Shown one piece after another: positions 59,346 to 64,000 of a DNA stretch of 64,000 bases. The DNA lies in the NCBI GenBank assembly GCA_010093605.1, contig MU004195.1:124001-188000 (forward strand). Direction: 5' to 3'. Position numbers and translations under genes: made by a program. The notes beneath the pieces are model-generated. The model was given only the letters and a program-made list of their open reading frames with translations. It had not been told where the DNA came from and searched no databases. The stretch's first letter is position 1. Every line of letters starts with the position of its first letter. The stretch comes from Lophium mytilinum (taxonomy: Eukaryota).

Positions 59346-62066
59346 TCAAGCATTCGCAATGCTTATTGCGTGCGGAGGGTTGAAGCCCTTGCTGGCTGGG
59401 GTGTGTACAAGCTCGTCAGGGCCGACAGTGCTGGAATGCGTACTAGGCAAGGAGGAGCTCTGTGGACTCTGGGCATCGTTGACCAAGGGAGGAGGTGTTG
59501 GGGCCGCTGAGATATCCGTACTCACGGCGACGGAACCGATCGAATTACGCTGGTCCATGCCGGTAGAGAGATTAGACTGGTCAAATCTGTGCATCTTCTT
59601 TTCAATCTGTGAGAGATTAGCTTCGCCTTGCTTCGACGCTGGCCTCTGGGCACTTACAGCCACAGCCTGCTTCCCGGGAATGAGCCTTCTGTTGTTGACC
59701 ATTTCGGGCTGCAGATGCTCGACGAATTCGAAGAAGTCTTTGAGACTAAGAGTATCGAGAAGCTTTTCTGAAACAATGTGAGCGACTTTCAAAGCATGCA
59801 CGGGTTATAAACTTACGAACGACGTAGTTGCCATAAGCATCTTTGAGCAACACCGCCAAAACGCGTTCTCCACGCTCATCTTTTTCCAGGGTTTTGAGCA
59901 TGATCTCACGGCGCTGTTCATTGGTACCGAACGTTAGACATTTTTCGACAACGTTGCTAGCAAACTTGTGTTTCGAAAAGAAGGCGAGCTCGTTCTTGAC
60001 CAACGCAGTGATCTTGACGCGATCCTCTGGCCTGCCATGTTCAATGATATGCTGTGTGACGTAGTTGCCATACTGGTCTGGAATGAGCTTTGCACCTTCA
60101 AGGTGAAGTTCCTGGAGAATTGAGGCACGAGCTGGATCGTCGCAGTGCTCCAGCAATCGTTGAATTACGCGGCAGCCGTATGTGTGTGCTGCTAGGAACC
60201 CAACCTGACCCTTGATTGCTGCGATTATGTTTCCAAGGTACTCAGGTGGGACACGCTCGATGACTTTCTGGATAACGTGGTTGCCATTCTGGTCTTTGAC
60301 ACATCTGATAACGTCCTTCTCCAGCTCTCTTACCAGTTCCGCTTGCTGGTCGGTCAGAATGTGCTCTAGGGCCTTATTTGTGAGTCAGCAAAAGTCTCGT
60401 AATGTTGAGATGTGAATGTATGTTCTACCTTCTGCACTACTCGGCACGCATACATCTGCACTGACAAAACTACCACATGGCCCTTCATTCGGCTAGCGAT
60501 GACGCGTTTCTGGTTCTGGTCGCCATGCTCGAAGAATTTTTGGATGACGTAGTTGCCAAAGACGTCCTGCATGAGCTGTAGTGATTCAGATTGCAGCTCC
60601 TTGAATACCCGTTCCTTCTCGTCACTGTTCGCTGTCTCCAACTTTTGCTGAATGAACCGTGATCCATGTTGGTCTCCGCTGAACTCGACGATGTGGTCAT
60701 ATATGTCCTTCAGCTCATATCGCTTGCTGGTCTTGTTGTTCTGCTTGAACTCTTGCATAAGTACGCTACGGTAACTCTCACCTGGCTCGTGATCCCGCGG
60801 TGCCTTGGGCGGCTCCACGGACATCATTCCAGGAAGTGTTTGCAAAGCCATTCCTGGGTGGATCCCATTGACTGGTAAAGAATTCGGTATGCCGTAGGAG
60901 TAGTAGGGTGCCCTGAACTGGTTGTGGGGGATCATTTGTTGGTAGTGTTGTTGCTGAAATTGGTGCGCGTTGATAAAGTTTTGCTGCTCCTGCTGTACTT
61001 GCTGCAGCTGCTGATACCCACGTAACTTTCTCTCAACAATCGCGAGATTCCCGTTGGAAACAACGCGAGGCACTTGATCCGCTCGTGACGGATACAGATG
61101 GTCATATACAGGAGGTGTATGTGTCTGCGAATAGTACGGAGACTGGCGGACTCCAGTCCCGTTTGGGGCGCTCCGAGAATCAAACTGATACGATCGCAGT
61201 TGGGCAGTGTGGTCACCGAGATGGCTATTTGCATATCCATCAGGTGTAAAGGATCCAATGCCGTTGAGTTGGCCTTCCTCGGGACGTACCAAGGCTTGTG
61301 ACATGTCTGAGATCTCACGTATAAAGCCCGGGTCCTGCGTCGTGGGACTGAACTGTGGAGGCAATCCATTGACGCTCATGGATGGCTTGTGCACCGCCAT
61401 GCCCTGATCGGCCTCGTTGCTGATGCTGAGGCGTCCAAACATGGACAGGCTGTCACTTTGTATGGAGCCGCTCCGCTCTTGGTACGGTCTTCCGTTGGTT
61501 TGTGAAGAGAATGAGGGGTTGTGGGAGAACCTCGAATAAGCATCTACGTTTTGGCCATGACGAGAGGGAGGTAGGCTTCCGCTTCGCGATTGTGTGGTAC
61601 TTGAAGCTTCAGTCGGCGAATGCAGCGAAGAGTTATCCCAAGAGCTGATTGCTTCCACTGGTCTTGAAGCAAGGGCGGAGAAGTTGCCAATGGTCGGGTC
61701 GAGTAGAGGCTTCGATGGTATGTTCGCGCGAGAGGTGTTAAGGTAGGTATTTGCGGGCGCAGTCGTCTCGGTGTACGACTGAGGCTGCGATCGGGCTGGC
61801 GACACTCCAGATCGTGGATGCCCGAGCGAGGAAGTATTGGTTTCCCATGGCGAGCGCTGATTATTCCAGGAGTCTGATTCTGAAGATGCAACGAGCTGAC
61901 CTATGCCAGTTTTGCCTTTGACGCTGTCCTGCTCTGGTGCAGCGGGCCCAAATCTGGAATTCCAAATGCTGCCACCCCAGCCTGAATTATATGCGGGCCG
62001 CTCGCTGTCGCCGTCGAGGGGCACGCCGAGTTCGGGGATTCGAGTTCGGTTCTGGAAAGACTCCAT
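59346..62066 (-). CDS. PUF3: Pumilio-family RNA-binding protein, Puf3 type, multi-exon
   Basis: Eight PUF repeats with recognition triplets SRQ, NYQ, CRQ, NHQ, CRQ, NYQ, SNE and NYQ (the canonical Pumilio/Puf3 code). Q/N-rich low-complexity N-terminus. Confidence 0.9.
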
Positions 62067-64000
62067 AGTTCAGACGATGCGCCGAGTGTGCGCGGGTGTG
62101 GGAAGGCGTGAATGTAGCGACAGTGTGCGAGGGGGCGTGGGTATAGGTATGCCGTCTGCAGGCATCAGCAAGGAGCCGATGTCGAAGTGCTCTATGCGCG
62201 GCAGAGAAGGAAGGGGTCGGCAAGCAAGGGAGAGGAATGTGGCGGCATGGACTAGAGAATGCGAGAGGGGAGCAATACGGATTGTCGCGCGGATTTTCGT
62301 GGTGGAGTAGTTGGGACGCAAGTCCACGGGCAGAGCGAAACGTGTGGAGTAGATGTAAGAGGACCCTCGCCTCAGCTAGCGGACGTGGAGATCGCGGGAG
62401 CTAGAACGAATGGCTGAAATACAACCTTAGAAAGGCCGTAGGAGCTCGTTTTAGTTACGCGTACCTAATCGAAACTATAGCCATTACATCAACTTCTAGA
62501 ACACAAGACGAAGCCGACTAGATCGCGGAGAAGCCGTCTACACATCTTAAGCATACGATTTTACATGCTTCTGGCCATCCTTTATCCAGTCTTGGACTGT
62601 AGGTGCTATCCACGGATGCACGCAAGTCCAGAGCATTTTTGGCATTAGTTCGGTTATGCAACACCAAAAACGACGTCTTTCGGCGACCGCAGCCTCGACA
62701 CCACTAAACAAACAACCTCCCAGGAACCTCTCTCTCTCTTGTTAGTGGCAGGCCGTCGCTCATCGCGGATACATGCTGCAGTCGCCGTACAATGTCCTTC
62801 CGGAGCGCTGCTTTGTCCCAGTGCGCCGTCTTCGCTGCGATGCTTTGACTCCAAGGGGTAGGGGTTTGAGACATGCAGTCGCTTCAAGGCCCAGTTTCAC
62901 AAGGCCGCACCAACTTCTCTTACTCTCTTGACCGTCTCTTCCGTTCCGTGACCATCTCGCCGTTGTCGCTGCTTCGTCGTGCACTATGTTTGCGAGCGGC
63001 AGTGACGGCTGTGCGATGCGAAGGCCGTCGACCCATCGTGCGCAGCAGCAGTCGTGACGGCGACACTCCGCCAATGCATCCCCGAGAGTGCTTTGTAGCC
63101 TCTGTACACCCCTAGTCTCCTGTCGTGCATACGACGAGGTCGCACTCGGGATGCTTGGTCCCGGTCGCTAGGACAAGTGCATTAAGGGATGCAACCGGCA
63201 GTGTGTGAAGTATCAAGGTATCTTTCATATCTGTTTAGTGAAGCGTGAGAATGAGTACGTTCAGCTTAGACGAGTGCATTTAGTATTTCATTGCTCAGCC
63301 GATGTCAGGATCCCTCCAATGCTTCCAGCAGACCGCAATCCAAATCGAGGGACAGCAAACTTTACATCGAGTCATAATTGTTGTCAGGTAGAGAATGGCA
63401 GACAGTAGCAACTCAAATCACAGCATGGTGAATGTACCATCTGCTTCTGAAATCTCCGTACATATAACAGACGGCTTCAGACAGCATGGAAGATGCAAAA
63501 TCGGATTGCTCAGCCATATATATTGGTCACTTGGCGTACGGAGCTTATTCTCGCCCATTATTGTCATCTATCGATACCCCTCGTATCAGAGAGCAGACGA
63601 TACCACAAACTAGATCTACACATATAACCCATTTCCCCCGACACGCCTTGCTGGAGGAACGTGTCCAGCGAAAGAATTCTAGACGAGCTCTCCCCCACGA
63701 CACCTCCGCCGACGCCCTCGCCGTAGTAGTTACTACTGTGGTCGGAGTGCGTTTGCATTGTCCGTCGCAGGGCTGAGCACATCTTGTGTCAAGGTCGATA
63801 CGCTTAAAGCAGGCTACGATGGCATAACGGCAAAAGCCGTGGACTGCTCAGGTTGGCTGGCATCCCTGTGATGGCGACATGGCGAGCATTCCCCAGCTTT
63901 CGTGCATCCCTCGCTGATAGTCGCTAGGTATATTCCGGCCGCAGCCGCTCCTTACCGTATTGACTGAGCGTATACAAACGCCAGGCTTGGCAGCGCTAGT

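Noticed and set aside
62100..64000. Short ORFs upstream of the Pumilio gene, including a possible 5' UTR intron at 62401-62464
   Set aside because: No protein signal. The candidate intron lacks a well-placed branch motif and cannot be supported without transcripts.

Overview
This window is eukaryotic DNA from a filamentous ascomycete (Pezizomycotina, probably Dothideomycete-like), judged from short GT-AG introns with CTRAC-type branch points and fungal gene families. It holds about 25 protein-coding genes. Core genes include SPATA20/YyaL-like, RAD23, LAA1, TACO1/YebC, PET100, ECI1, DUF1640 and PUF3-type Pumilio. There is a partial tyrosine-catabolism cluster (hmgR-like Zn2Cys6, hppD, hmgX/TTC36-like), an MFS/TauD/UNC-93/hydrolase block, several orphan genes and two tRNA genes. 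The standout is a minus-strand tRNA-Thr(CGU) gene at 17969-18107. It carries a normal 10-nt anticodon-loop intron plus a 57-nt spliceosomal-type intron (GTAAGT...GCTTAC...TAG) inserted in the T-loop/B box. Removing that intron restores a canonical cloverleaf, and an intact stand-alone B box lies just past the terminator, as if compensating for the broken internal one. All calls were made by eye and no database searches were run.
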